Below are positions 36,949 to 49,764 of a DNA stretch of 64,000 bases, piece after piece (the first letter of the stretch is position 1; each line of letters starts with the position of its first letter). The position numbers were made by a program, and so were the translations under genes. A model generated the notes under the pieces. It saw nothing but the letters and a program-made list of their open reading frames with translations. It made no database searches and was not told the origin of the DNA. Source of the stretch: Moniliella sp. 'wahieum' (taxonomy: Eukaryota); the NCBI GenBank assembly GCA_003971905.1, contig RSEE01000043.1:434001-498000 (forward strand), written 5' to 3'.

Positions 36949-37846
36949 ATGTCACTGCCCACACGTCCGATCGCTCCCCAGCCCAACAGAATTGTCAGGG
37001 CTCTATCGCAATTTCTTCCTCCTCCCGCGGACGGGAAAGTGGAGGCGTCGAAGAGGTGTCGTCCTCATTCTCCCCCCCCTACCGAAGGCACACTTGGCCA
37101 GGCGCCTACGACCGCGGACCGCCTCGCACCACGCTATGCCGAGGTAGCCACCCTTCTCTCTCGCGGACAGTGCCCCTTTGCCCTGGAAGCCACATCGGGA
37201 CTGACGAGTGCACTTCTGCTTGATGCCGCCGTTTGCACGCCTGCAGAGGTGCGATCTACTCTCCTTACCGCTTCTGCCTCTGGCCCCGTTGCAGCGCCAG
37301 AGCCAAGACCGGAATTGAGGGAGGAGATGAGTGTGCGAATGGCCTATGCGATGGCAGTGGTGCGTTTCGTGAATGGAGTGGTGGACGAGTTCCAAACTTC
37401 CCTCTATGCGTCGTCCATTGCCGTTTTGGCGTCCAAGGCCGGGCTGCCGCTCTGGCTTGTCCAGGTTCGTCATTCGGCCGCCCATCAAAATTGCCCTCCG
37501 CTGACTGTGCTGCGCGAGGCAGGTAGAGGTATGTCGCTCCCCTTTGGTTCTCAATATCGGTAATAGCATTCTGACCTCATACCCCCTAGTCCCTCCGCTG
37601 GCTGCACAACACGTACTGGCTGCCCACCTTTCGCTGGGCTCAGCCCAACCACCGAGTGGGAGTATGCCCTTTGCTCCACTTCATGCGTTGGGAGAGATGC
37701 ACGCCCGTGCAGGCTTGCTGGCAGCCCAAGACGCCCACCCTTCCGGCGCGGGACCGGGGTTGCCCCCTGCTCTTCCCCGCGGCTGGTCGGCCCCACTTTT
37801 CTTCGCCCCTGCTCCGCTTGGCGTCTGTTTTACCCGACCGGAATGA
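36949..37846 (+). CDS. LAS1: Las1 pre-rRNA ITS2 endoribonuclease (HEPN)
   Basis: PFALEATSGL, RMAYAMAVVRFVNGVVD, SIAVLASKAGLPLWLVQVRHSAAH (HEPN RxxxxH), PPLTVLR. Intron about 37529-37589. C-tail GWSAPLFFAPAPLGV. Confidence 0.85.
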
Positions 37847-37856
37847 CAGTATCTTC

Positions 37857-38624
37857 CTACAGGGGTGGATGTGGTAGATCGAGTCGTAGCCTAGGCTGTG
37901 GGCTCCTCCACTTCCGAGGGGGAGGGGGCATAGCTGCGTGTTCGGGGGCCTCGGACTTGCGGCGCTCGACCTCGGCGAGGTAAATATTGGCGTCGTTCAT
38001 ACGATGCGCCTCTTCGTTCTTGGCATCGAGCCATCTTTGGAGGAGCTGCGCATTGTCCCGGCTCAGCTCATCGTTGCGCGTTTCGACCTGGCCGAGCTCG
38101 AGACTGAGTGTGTTGAGTTCATCCTGCAGCATCTCCACCGTCGCATCCTTCTCACGCAACGCATCGCGCTGATCTTTGCTCTGCCGTTGCAGCCGGCCGC
38201 GCTCTTCCGTTAACACACGTACTTGGCCCTCTAACCCCTTGGCTTCCTCCTCCTGCGTACGCAACGTCTCGTTCAATTCGAGCAGCCGCTGTGCATTGAG
38301 CGACTGGGTCTTATACTGGGCCCCGAGCTCGTCGCGTACCGTGCCCAGCTGGGCCTCCAATGACTTGACATAGGCTTCTTGCACCGCATTGCCGCCCTGA
38401 CCTCCGCCGGCCGAGGCAGCAAGGAGAGAGGTGTTGCGGTCCTTGAGCGCGGCCGCGTGGGCGGCCAGCGCCTGGTACCGCCCAATAAATTCGTCGTATG
38501 CACGCTCCTGCGCATCGCGCGCCACAACACGTATCCGCAGCGTCTCTTGCCACGGAAGAAGCGGGACGCTGCTCAGCGCACTGGTCGCGGGTGCATGCCC
38601 ACCGTACACTGCGGGGTGTGCCAT
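37857..38624 (-). CDS. ATG16: Autophagy protein Atg16 (coiled coil)
   Basis: Intact 255-aa ORF: WQETLRIRVVARDAQE (Atg5-binding-like helix) and coiled coil LQDELNTLSLEL...LSRDNAQLLQRWLDAKNEEAHRMNDAN. Confidence 0.88.
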   Translation of the reverse strand: MAHPAVYGGHAPATSALSSVPLLPWQETLRIRVVARDAQERAYDEFIGRYQALAAHAAALKDRNTSLLAASAGGGQGGNAVQEAYVKSLEAQLGTVRDELGAQYKTQSLNAQRLLELNETLRTQEEEAKGLEGQVRVLTEERGRLQRQSKDQRDALREKDATVEMLQDELNTLSLELGQVETRNDELSRDNAQLLQRWLDAKNEEAHRMNDANIYLAEVERRKSEAPEHAAMPPPPRKWRSPQPRLRLDLPHPPL

Positions 38625-39094
38625 GTTCGGCTGGAGGGGGGGGGGTGAGCGGCTGCTGTGCCACGGGGGGGGAGGGGGGGACGTACGAGGTGCACGTGGA
38701 TGATCCGCAGGGGGCGCAGTGCTGGCTTGCCGAGCGCGCGGGAGGGCAGGTGGCAGGTGGGGCGACAGGCGGGGCGGCGGCCGTGGTGGTTACGCCGCCA
38801 GGCCCAATCGCCCAATCCAATCAGCTCCTGCCTGGGCGGAGCGCAGGCAGCCCAGCCAACCCTAGTGCTCTCCGCCCCAGCTGCGCGGGTGCCAGCCGAG
38901 CGGAACCAGCGGAATGGGGCGCGGGGGCTCAGCCACGCGCTGGCCCTGCTGCTCGCCGCCCGTGGCTGCGGGGATGGCGGTGGATGCGCAACGCGGGGGG
39001 GCCACGCAGCGCCACCCGCAGAGGTGACCGTCGCGGGGCACACGACGCTGGCGACGCGAATGCAGCAAGCGTCCTGTCGGCCCGTCCACAGCAC

Positions 39095-39141
39095 CGACGC
39101 TCGACGCTCGACGCTCGACACGCGACACTCGACGCTCGACA
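39095..39141. repeat. Degenerate (CGACGCT)n heptamer repeat in the ATG16/QCR2 divergent promoter
   Basis: cgacgctcgacgctcgacgctcgacacgcgacactcgacgctcgacac read directly. Confidence 0.8.
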
Positions 39142-39450
39142 CGGCTGTAGCCGTCTTAATTGGGCTGCCTTGGCCGCAGCCAGTCACGCGCCACGAGGCA
39201 GCTGACCTCAGCACTCGTCTTTCGCTTAGAAATGGCACGAGGCAGGGCGGGAGCGTGCTGGCGGCGGAACCAGCGCGCAGACTGGTGCAGTGCGCTCCGG
39301 GGCGGGGGGTTGGCCAGTGGTGGCCTTGGGTGCTAGCTTTCTTCGGACGCTGGGAGGGGCCGCCTCGATTGGCCAAGCCAAGCTGGCCGTGCGTTTGGCT
39401 GCTCGGCTGCGTCCTCTCCCTCGCCCCTCCCTCCCCCTCCCCCCCCCGAC

Positions 39451-40715
39451 ATGCTCCTGCGCGCCCCCCTCGCGCCCCTGCGTGCGGCCACACGCGCCTT
39501 CTCCACCGCCTCGTCCGGCCTGGTGCCCCTGGCCAGCCTCAACGATGGCCGTGCCGCTGCCAGTGTCACCGTCGCCATCAAGGCTGGCCCGCGCTACGCC
39601 CCTCCCGGTGCCGCGGCCGCACTCAAGCACTGGCTCTTCCAGGCCAACGCCCCGCCGCTCCGCACTCTCTACCATCCGCGAGGCCGAGCTGCGTGGCGGT
39701 GTGCTCAGCACGTCCATCACCAAGGACGCCGTTCTGCTTCATGCCGGTTTCCTGCCCGAAGACCGGGACTTTTTCCTGGCTCTGCTCGGCGACGCGCTTT
39801 CGAGCCCCAAGCTCTACTCGTGGGAGTTCACCGAGCACGTCTTGCCCGCTCTCGTAGCTGAGGCCGAGGCCGCACAGCACGATGCTCCCCTAGCCGCGTT
39901 GGAAGCGTTGACGGCAACTGCGTACCATGGCAAGGGCCCCGGTGCTTCGCTGTTTGCTTCCCCCGCCTCCCCTATTTCTGCTGACTCGGCTGCCGAGTAC
40001 ATCCCGCGCGTCCTAACCGCCGACAATGTCTCTGTTGCCGCGGGGGTCTCGAGGTGAGCGAGCTTGCCGAGCTGGTGGGTACCAACTTCCACTTGGCCCA
40101 GGGGAGCAAAGTCACCCCCCCGAGGCGACGTACTTTGGTGGGGAGGCCCGGATCCCTCTTGCCTCGCATGGCCCGCAGGAGTTCCTGTTGGCGTTTGATG
40201 CAGGCAAGCTGGCTGGCACGCCGGAACTGGCAGTCCTGGGCCACCTTCTGGGTGGCAAGACCCACATCAAGTGGTCCAAGGGCCAGTCGCTGTTGAGCAA
40301 AGTGGCCGACGAGGTGGGGGGGCCAAGGCGACGCCGTTGAACTTGTCGTTTGAGAAGGCGGGTCTGTTTGGTGTGCGGGTGACCACGCCCGATGCGACCT
40401 CGGCGCCGATTGCGGCGCAACTGGCGTACAATGCGCTCAAGGATCTGCCCAGACTGCGCCAGAGGACAAGGTCAAGGTGGCCGTCGCGCAGGCCAAGTTT
40501 GCCCTGGCCCCACTTTGAGGGCCATGGCGCATCCGAGTTTGCCGCCACCCAACTGGCGAGGAGGCGACGTGACGGCGCTGGATGCGCACTTGGCTGCGCT
40601 CGAGGTGTCGCCTTCGGCCGTGTCAAGTGCAGCGGCGACGCTGTTGAGCTCCAAACCTACCTCGGCGGCGGTGGGCGATGTGTACAAGCTTCCATACGCC
40701 GCGGACCTGCAGTAA
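39451..40715 (+). CDS. QCR2: Cytochrome bc1 complex core protein 2, mitochondrial
   Basis: Presequence MLLRAPLAPLRAATRAFST, VAIKAGPRY, RSALSTIREAELRGGVLST, LLGGKTHIKWSKGQS, C-terminus AAVGDVYKLPYAADL. Confidence 0.92.
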
Positions 40716-41350
40716 CCAAAACGCCCTCATGCCTTCCCGGCCTCATCCCAATCAATGACATGCGACACACGCCCCAGCTGCCAGTGCGGCGTCGCCGTAG
40801 CCTGTCGGACGTGTCTATACCACGCCTCGTGTCTGCCCAATGCGCCAGGCAGCTGATATAATCGCCGAGGTAATGGTGGGGAGGGGGGGGGTGGCGAGGG
40901 ATCTACGCTGGTCCACCACGTGTTGGATGACGCTGACGGCTGCTGTTCCCTAATCACATGCATTGTGAGTGTACTACTTGAAGCTTGAAGCTCGAAGTCC
41001 ATACGCTGATTGGGCTTTGTGCGTCAAATAGTCGGGGCTGCGCACCCGTAATCGGAGACGGGCTCAGGATGGCGACCCAGCCTGAGCAGTCCCACGCCTG
41101 CGAACGAAGCTCGATACGTGGCTGGGCCAATGGCACCATCCTCTCCGCACTGCGGCCTAGACGGGCGCCCCCGCCCCCACCGCCGTTCCTTGACAGAGTG
41201 TGGGGGCAGGGGCCGAACTACATGGATGGAAAGGGGAAAGCGTGGCTAAGGGGAATACATTGGTCAACAGGACAGAAGGAAGCGAATTTCGGCAGACTGG
41301 ATCCAACACCTCCCGCTCTTGCACAAGAGCAGTCCAGTCATGTTCGATCA

Positions 41351-43638
41351 TCACAGGGGCCATAAGGTTAGAATAGCCATAAAGCTGACAGGGGACGCGC
41401 ATCTGGCAAGATACCGGTTAGGATGCTTCCAACGCGTCGGGCGGCAAACTGGTAGTAGGTGGATACCAGTGGGGATGGGAGGCGTGGGGGAGAGCTCTGG
41501 TTGGGGCAGAGAAGTTGTTGGTGGGTCCAGGAGAGCGGTAACAACCAAGCGGCCCAATCGGGTTTTTTCCGCACCAGCGTACCGAGGGGATGGATTTCGA
41601 GCCCTTGGATGCCTGGAGGGGAGAGCGCGACCCGGCTCCAGAGGTGCGAGTCTGGAAGCCCGAGAGATGCGTCCACGAAACGCGCAGATCCTTACAGCGG
41701 TTGAAGCTCGCCACGGTGGCTAGAGGAACCAGCCTTGGGCATCCATACAGGTGCGCAGGAACGTGTCGCCCTTGAGGTTGGAGGAGGAAAGTAAAATTCG
41801 ATCGGGATACGAGTTGGCGCAACGTCGACTCGGCCTCCCAGACGTTGGGGGCGATGCAGAGGGAGGGGAGAAGGCCGGAGACCAGCTTGCTTGGCCTGTT
41901 CTATCGAGATAGGGATCAGCGTTGTCTCGCCCGTCTCGGTCATTGTCGGCAGATAGAGCACGGGCGCATCGCCGTAACCCAGTGTTGCAAAGGACGCATT
42001 CGGAAGTAGCATATAAGGGAGAAGTGCATGAGCCTGGGCCTGGACCTGCGCTTGAGCTTGGGCCTGGGCCTGGGCCAGAGCTAGAGCCTGGTTGGCCTGG
42101 GCCTGGACTTGACCTGGAATATGAGCCGGAGTTGTCGTAGGGGCGGAAGATTGAGATGGAAGCGAAGGTGTGGTCCCAGCCAACCGGAGACCTTCTTCGA
42201 CCGTCTTCGCTGGCATGTCCTTTGTCAAGACAGACGGATCGTCGCCACCGTAATGGGAACCATAGTCCATGTCATAGCATGGGATGGGGTAACAGTAGGG
42301 AAGCGACAAGGACGCAGCCGAATAGGGGTAATTTAAGTTCTTTTTCGACGAGCGTGGGGGATTGTGCCCCAACCCTCTCCCCTCGTGTTGCGATACCTGC
42401 CTCGCCCGTGGCCTCTTCGGGGCGGATCCATTTCCGGGGCAGAGATGGAGACGGGCTTGGCTTTGGCTTTAGTCAGATCCTCCGGACCCAACTCTGGCAC
42501 TCGCAGAGGATCCTCTTGGCGGGGGAAGCTGGGTAGGCGTTGAGGCGCTATCCTCAGCAGCGGGTATTGGTGGGACTCGGGGGGAACAGTTCCGGCTCCA
42601 AGTCGCCGAGAGAGGGCATATTGACCCCTCCATTTAAGAGACGGATGTTGCGGAGCCACGCATACTCTTCCCACCTGCGTGAGGCTGAGGGTGCCGCTTC
42701 TCAGCGCGACGGACAAAGTCCCATTGGGGCTGGTGGAAGAGGTTGCATTCCGAGCCTGACTTTCGCTCTGCGTCTTGTGCGTCTCATTTTCCTTGTCTTT
42801 GCCAGTTCGGGGGCTGATGCGGGTACATCGTCGCCCGCCCTGGTCTCAGACACGCGGACCTTTTCATCTTTTCGACGTCCTTGCGCTCTTGTTCTTTGGC
42901 CTCGGCTTGCCTCCGCTCATCAGCTTGTTGCTTACGTACCTCCCACACATTCACGGGGGGAGGTTTAGACCGCGGGGAGAGGGGGGAGGGGGGGCGAGCT
43001 TGCCGTGCCCGTGGCGGAGTGCCATTGGCGGAGGTGCCATTGGTGCGCCACGCGGGCACACAAGGCGTGCCTGCGCCCCAAGGACGAGCTGGACATAGGA
43101 GGGGGATCTATCGGCGCAGGTACGGGCGCAGATTGTGGGTCCTGGTGATTAGAGGGGAGGGTGGATCTAGAAGCTTGTTTCCCGGCGGACTAATCAAGGT
43201 CGGGGTGGAGGAAGTGCGGGAAGGCGAAGAACGATGGGCCTGGGAGTAGGACACGCTCGCTGCCCATGAGGCAGCGCGGTCGATGGCGCGAGACTGGGAG
43301 GGAGGTACTGAGACCAAAAGCTGGGAATTCCTCTTGGGATGGCGATAGGGCCGCGTTGGTGAGGGATGAGCGAGGACTGCGTTCAGGAGTGGTCGGGGCG
43401 TCAGGGGCGGGTGTTTTCCCGTGACGGCAGGCGCTGCGGTAGGAGGGGAGCTGGGGCTGGAGCTGGTGCTAGAGCGGGTGCTGGTGCTGGTGCTGGTGTT
43501 GGTGGTGGAGCTGGCGGCGCGAGTACTGGTGCTGGTGCTGGTACTGCGGCTGGCACTGGCACTGGGCGCGGCGCGGCGAAGATGCTCGGCGAAGGAGAGG
43601 TGGGGCTTGCCCGTGGCGCTGTCCCATGCGGTGGTCAT
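41351..43638 (-). CDS. La-related RNA-binding protein (LARP1/Sro9/Slf1-like)
   Basis: La motif across frames: QLVS.IEFYF...NLKGDTFLRTCMDAQGW..LATVASFNR (about 41695-41820). PPPVNVWEVRK motif. Low-complexity N-terminus starting MTTAWDSATGKPHLSFAE. 3' end uncertain. Confidence 0.75.
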
Positions 43639-46593
43639 GGTGGCCAGGAGACGCGGCGAGGCAGGGGCAAACGCGGGGGCAAACGCGGGGGCAGCCGGTG
43701 GGGGGGGGAACGCTGGCCAGACGCTGAGGTGGGCGTCCAAGTCGCCTGCACCACCCGCCCCGCCACCACCACAGCGCACCAGCCGTGTCCCACGCGGAGG
43801 AACACCGGCCGCAACCCTAGTCCTCGCTTCCCGCTCCGAGCCGCACGGGAAATCGGACCGATTGGTCAGTAAGCTTCAAGTACTTACTGATTAATGATTA
43901 TCGATTGCCGATTACATGTCACACCGATTGGCCGCACGGCGCCCGTCTCGCTGTCCGTCGCGCCCCGCCCCCCGCCACGCGCCGCGTCCTCGGCAGCGGG
44001 TGCGCGCTTGTTTCCAGCGTGGAGCTTCGTTCAAGCCGCCGACACAGCCAGCAGGGTGGCGCCAGCACGGCCATGTGCTCTGGCCGTGCTCTGGCAGGCT
44101 CTGGCCAGCAGCTGGGCTACTCAAACCATATGCAGCCCGCCAGAGGTAGACAGACGACAACAGACACAATGGGTGTGGAGCAGAGATAAGGATCACATCC
44201 GGTTCTCAGCCTGATGAGAACGGTAGCAGATGAACGGCAGCTGCCTTTTCCTGCTCCTGCTCCGTTCCCTTCCCTACACTTGCCGTGCATCAACATGTGG
44301 TGACCAAATCTACATTGACGCCATGTATAGCGATAGAATGACAAGGGTCGTTATCTTACGTTTGAAAACACAATAGCAACCGGCGATGAAAAACAATAAT
44401 ATGGGCTCTCCACTGCAGACTATACGACGACAAAACTTACTATAGGTATCCCTCTTGGTCTTTTCCGCCTTGAGGGGGCACAACCGCACCCTCGATTGCC
44501 ATACCGGAGTTATTGGTTCGGTTCAGCAGCGTTGCAGCAACACGATCCGAAAAAGCGGAAGTGCATATGAGTACCGTGAGTGTCGGGGGTTGTGGCGCCG
44601 TGGACTTGACACTAACAACACTCTGGCTGGTGTCGTGGGTATCAGACCAGACGATGCTATTGAGTGGAGCGAAGAGGCTGGGCGGGGTCACGACAAGAAA
44701 ACAGGAAAGGGTGGCCGCGCCCGCGCGCGGGCTTCCTGCTGCGCCACAGTCCGTCACAAAACATTGGTCGAACATTTCTGCTATTCTAGCCCATTTTGTA
44801 CGCGGCATTCGCGTGGAGTTCTTCCCTTTTGATCTCTCTATCCTTCCTCACTCCGCTGGCCTAAGGCAGCCTGAGGCCCTTGACCACCTTCACCATTCTA
44901 CTGGCTGCATCCTTTTCTGGGCACCTACCGGTCATTATCGACATGCAGCTGAGCGTTGTCAACAAGTGGACAGAAGCAAAATTCATGCATTTCAAATGTA
45001 CCGTGGCGATGGGTCAGAGCAACCTAGCCAACGGCTGCTCTGAACAGTCTGCCCGGAGCCAGGACGTGTCCGTCCTTTCGTTTGGCCCCACTTTCCCGGC
45101 CACTCCCCCGATAGGAGCATAGGGGAAGACTTCTACTGGGGGCCATCAAATTCCGTTTATTCAATCCCCAAATGGAACCGCACCAGCGCCGACACGGTTC
45201 TTCTCTTCCGACGGCCGCAGCCCCCTACGCAGCATCACCGATGCGCCTCAACCTGCTCATTGGGGGTCTGAAGGTGAAGCTCCACCAAAGGGGAATACTG
45301 CACGATCCCGTCCCTTGTTCAGACTTGGCTGACATCTTGACGTTGGATAATGTGGATTGATGTGGCTAGTGTGTTGGTAGGTGGTGGTGACGACCAGGCG
45401 ATGCGAAGCACGTCCTGGCAAAGAGGGTCAGTTTTGGCCCTGGTGGAGGCAGTCGGTACAAGCCTGTTGTGGATGACAGGCGGAAGCGGGGCTGTACAGT
45501 GGCTGTTCCGCTAGCCATAATAAATTCCTTCAATCCAGGCACCACTTTCCCAGAGTGCTACTCGGGAGGCCCATGCGCAGCACCTCTCTCACAACAGCGA
45601 CGACAGACAATATGCTAGGACGACTGTACGTCGTGTGTACCTGACAACAGATGATGATTTTCATCCATAATCAAGCAGGTCAAAACGTTAATGAGGAGGC
45701 CAAATGGCCTCAACATCCTGAACTTGCAATAGGCTCAGAACGTTATTGTCCCCTCCTTCAGTCCTTGCCCGACCAGGCAACAGACTGTGAGCTCTATAAA
45801 TCGTTTGACGCTATACACCGCTGTGCGGCCCTCTGGGGGGGGGGCAGAGAAGTGATGAGTGATATATGGTAGGCCCACATGGATCTCTACTGTACTCTCA
45901 AGTGTGGGCATGTTGACGATGGATATGGCTTCCATGCCCGAGTATCGGGTTTACATGTTACCGGTACCGACCACCGGTCCCTGCTGATCTAACCTGCTTC
46001 AGACCACCCATCGCACGCGGGGGGGCATTGCAAGAGGCCGTTCGCATCACACACGACGGCTGGAGAGGCACGAAATTATGCCAAGACGGCCAAGGAGTGG
46101 AAGGATTTTCAACGCTTGCAGGATTCACTCCCCCCGTGCCTGCCCCGTTTGTCGGCTGCAATTATAATAACGTGTGATGCGTGGCGATTCTCCCGCATTC
46201 CCTTGGTGGTGCTTCTCTATATTAATCGCAACTAGAGAGAGGGCACGGATCCGATCCCTACGGCCACGGCTCCAATCATTAATCACGTCGCCCTTTCTTC
46301 CACAGACATACCATAAGGACTAAGCAGGCCAGCAACTGGTAGATGGTAACCTTGTCCTAATATAGAAGCTATGTAAACCTCTCTGACCTCTCAGAGAGTC
46401 TTTAAAGGAATGGTCCTCTTTCTTCTCCTATCTCGCTGTCCTTTATCCCCCCCCTCCCGCGAGCACCCCCCTCTCCCTCATACCGCACTTCTCGGGCTGG
46501 TCCCATCTCCCCCCACCTCCCTTCGGCCTGGTGCTATCCTTCTACACATTTTAATCACCGGCTGGTTCCGGACCCAACACTCAAAGAATCACC

Positions 46594-49262
46594 ATGCGTG
46601 CTCCATGGCAACTTTCTCCCCAAGCAGCCCAGGCGGCTAACAACATCTTCCAAGCTCTCTCACTTTCTCAAGCCAACTATAAGCCGAACCCCATCTTACC
46701 ACCCAGCGAAGGAGCAGCCGCTCTCCTCACTCCCGTGCACAACTTTCAAGTGGCCGGAGGCAAGGTGGGCTGAAGTTGCCCCATCAACAGTACAACGAGG
46801 CTCAATGGGGCGAGCCTTCGTACCTGTTGGTGCCCAAGGCAGCCAAGAACCACACGGCCACAGGCGGAGTTGGGCCGGGCCGTTGCGCTAGCATTCCCAC
46901 ACCCTACACTCCACAAGGAGGATGGGATTCCCTGCCATCCAATAGAGTTTCGATGCGTTCGACCCTAACAAATCCACTATCTTCCGCTATCGGGAACAAG
47001 TCGGGGTAAACTTGGGCAGCTGGTACGTTCTTCTTCTGTTGCGTTAGTTCTGGCAACGGAGTGCTAACCACTTAGCAATAGGTTTGTGAATGAGAACTGG
47101 ATGGCACCGTCAATGTTTAATTGTGCGGTGGGCAACGCGTCGGCCGAGCTTGACATTCTCATGGGGTACGGCCCATCACCCGATGGGGTAGCTAATGCAA
47201 CTGCGCGGCTCGAACAGCATTGGGACACATGGATCCAGGAAGAGGATTTCCAGACTATGGCTGGGTTGGGAGAATACGGTTCGCATTCCAATTGGTTACT
47301 GGACTTTGGGAAGCAACTGGACAGACAACACTCCCTTTGCCCCTTATTCGACGGTGTACACCAACAGCTGGCGCTACCTTGTACGCGGGGTCAAATGGGC
47401 AGCCAAGTATAACCTTGGTGTCTTGCTCGATCTCCATGGGGCTTACGGTGCTGCCAATGCTGGCCCCATCAGTGGTGTGTCAAATGGAGAGGTGGGGTTC
47501 TTCAGCGAAGGAAACATGTCTCTCACTACGGCTTTGCTTACCAACTTGACGGAGAGGTTGGTTAATGTGACTAATGTGGTGGGAATCGAGCTCCTCAATG
47601 AGCCGATCAATGTCCCAGCCCTTTGGACGTGGTACAACGAGACCCTCGACACGCTGCGCACGGTTCCGGGCGCAAGCACGTTCCCGCTCTATTTTCAAGA
47701 TGCCTTCAACTTGACCCGAGGCACAGAGTTGATCAACAGCCGTCCAAGCCAAGATTTCGTCGTCGATGACACTCATCTGTACTATGTGTACACACGTGCA
47801 GACCAAAGGGCCAACGCGACTGCACATACGACAGAGATTGATGGACCCGTGGATGTGCAGCTCAATGCTAGCTCCGCGGTGGTCAGAGGAAACGTGGTCG
47901 TGGGGGAATGGTCCTGCGCCCTAGCTGCCGCAAGTCTCCAGGGGGAGGCAAACCCTCAAGCAGCAGAGAAGGCCTTCTGTGAAGCTGAGAACCAGGTGTT
48001 TGGTACCCGGACGGCGGGCACGATATATTGGTCGTACACTATGGAAGATTGCAAGAACATGCGGGATGGTGCTTCAAGGCTGCAGCCAAGGAGTTTCTCA
48101 CTAGCCCTTTCACGCTTTGGAACATCTCCAACGCCACCTACAGCCATTTGGGAAGCCTCAATGCTTCCCAGCAGATTGCTGTCGCTGGGACGATCGCCAA
48201 AAATGTTTCCTGCCTCCAGGTCCCTGCAGTGCCTTCCCGCTTGGTACCAACGTCAACCCCTTCCAGTTCCCAAATCTACCCGTCTTCTACTGCCTTCACG
48301 CGTCCCCACTCGTCCTCTCCGACCTCGAGTAGCATGTCGCGGTCCTCAACTCAGACGAAGATCAGCTCAAGCGACACACCAGCTTCGTCCAGCAAGCTCA
48401 GTTCTAGCATGAGCGAGAAGGTTTCTTCGACGACGTCCATGTCTCTGTCCACAAGCTCAGCCCCTTCTAGCTCCTCATCCTTGAGCTGGAGAGGCTCGCA
48501 ATCCAGTTCGAGCTCTTCATCCGATAAGCCACACTCGGCGAACTCGGCGAGTGGGTCCACCCACTCCAAGAGCGTGTCGAGGAGCTCTACCCCCCTACCG
48601 CTGTCCCCAGCCCAGCGATTTCAGCTGTAACATTGCAATGGTCTCATGAAGTGGTGATCACCACCTCATTTGAGCTCAATGGAGAGATTACCCTTTCCCT
48701 CCCCCTCAGCCCGGCTTCCCCATCTGCGGTCCCATCTATGGCGTCATCCGTTGTGCCCCAGTCCAACCCTTCCGGCGATCGTTCTGGACACAAAACAAAG
48801 AGCCCCTCGTCAAGTCTCTCCACCTCTTCATCTGCCGCTTCGGCGACGGAGGTATCGGGGTACTTTATTGTCGGTCAGGGAAACATGCGCGGTGGAAGTC
48901 CCGCGGCGCGCGCTATCGCACTTATCCGGCAAGAAAAGGAGGCCGTGCGGCGAGCCCAGGCGAAGGAATCGGTTGCTTTGAAGTCCCGCAAGCCCAAGCC
49001 CAAGTCAGAAGACCACATGATGATGGCAGTCAGCACTGGGTACAGCGACGGCTTCCTAGCGGGCAAGAGCTTTGCGGGTGAAAACTTGGGGCGAATCGGC
49101 TTTGCTGGACAGTATGTGTTGGACAGCTGGAAGTCGCACGTCCAAGCAAGCACCCTCAGGCAAGATGACCAGGACAGTTACACTCAGGCATTCCTTGCTG
49201 GTATCGACGATGCGCACACGCAAGTTCTGGGCGTGATCGAGGCGGCAATGGTGGCCATGTAA
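46594..49262 (+). CDS. Glycoside hydrolase family 5, exo-beta-1,3-glucanase-like, with Ser-rich insert
   Basis: RYREQVGVNLGSW/FVNENWM (intron about 47023-47081), NTVRIPIGYW, LLDLHG, catalytic GIELLNEP and VVGEWS, DTHLY, C-terminal GYSDGFLAGKSFA..RIGFAGQY. Start uncertain. Confidence 0.88.
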
Positions 49263-49764
49263 GGTGCCTACGATGTTTGATTCGCCCCCCACATGAGACG
49301 GCGACGGAATGAATGCAGGATATATATGGCTAGAAAACCGGCATATGGCTCCCTGTGAGCTCTAAGGGATGTGCATATCTCAATTGAAGCGCGGCGCTTG
49401 GTATCTACTCTCTTATACCGAGTCAGAAAGAAGATACTCCCTTCGAAACGACTTGGCGTTTGATTCTACTTGCCTTTTGAACTTGTTCGGGCTGGATCAC
49501 ATGTCACAGCACATGGAGATGGGGGAAGGATAAGGATGGTTTCATTGAGTGGGATGTGGGCGAGATATATTACGTCGGAGAAGAGGCGCGCGTTGTGATC
49601 AACGCTGTCAGTGGAACCGTTAACCCTACTCGACGTCGCGTTGGCAACGATACGCGACGCGCGCGGCAAGCAGGCACGGGGGCGCATGGGTTGAACGTTG
49701 AAGGCAATTGACCTGCCAGCTTCAGTCCAACCAGGCCCCACCCACCTTATCCCACCACCCGACA

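Noticed and set aside
44440..45520. Possible minus-strand gene (TKWARIAEMF, Myb-like hint)
   Set aside because: Only a short resemblance, with stops in all frames upstream and no supporting motif.
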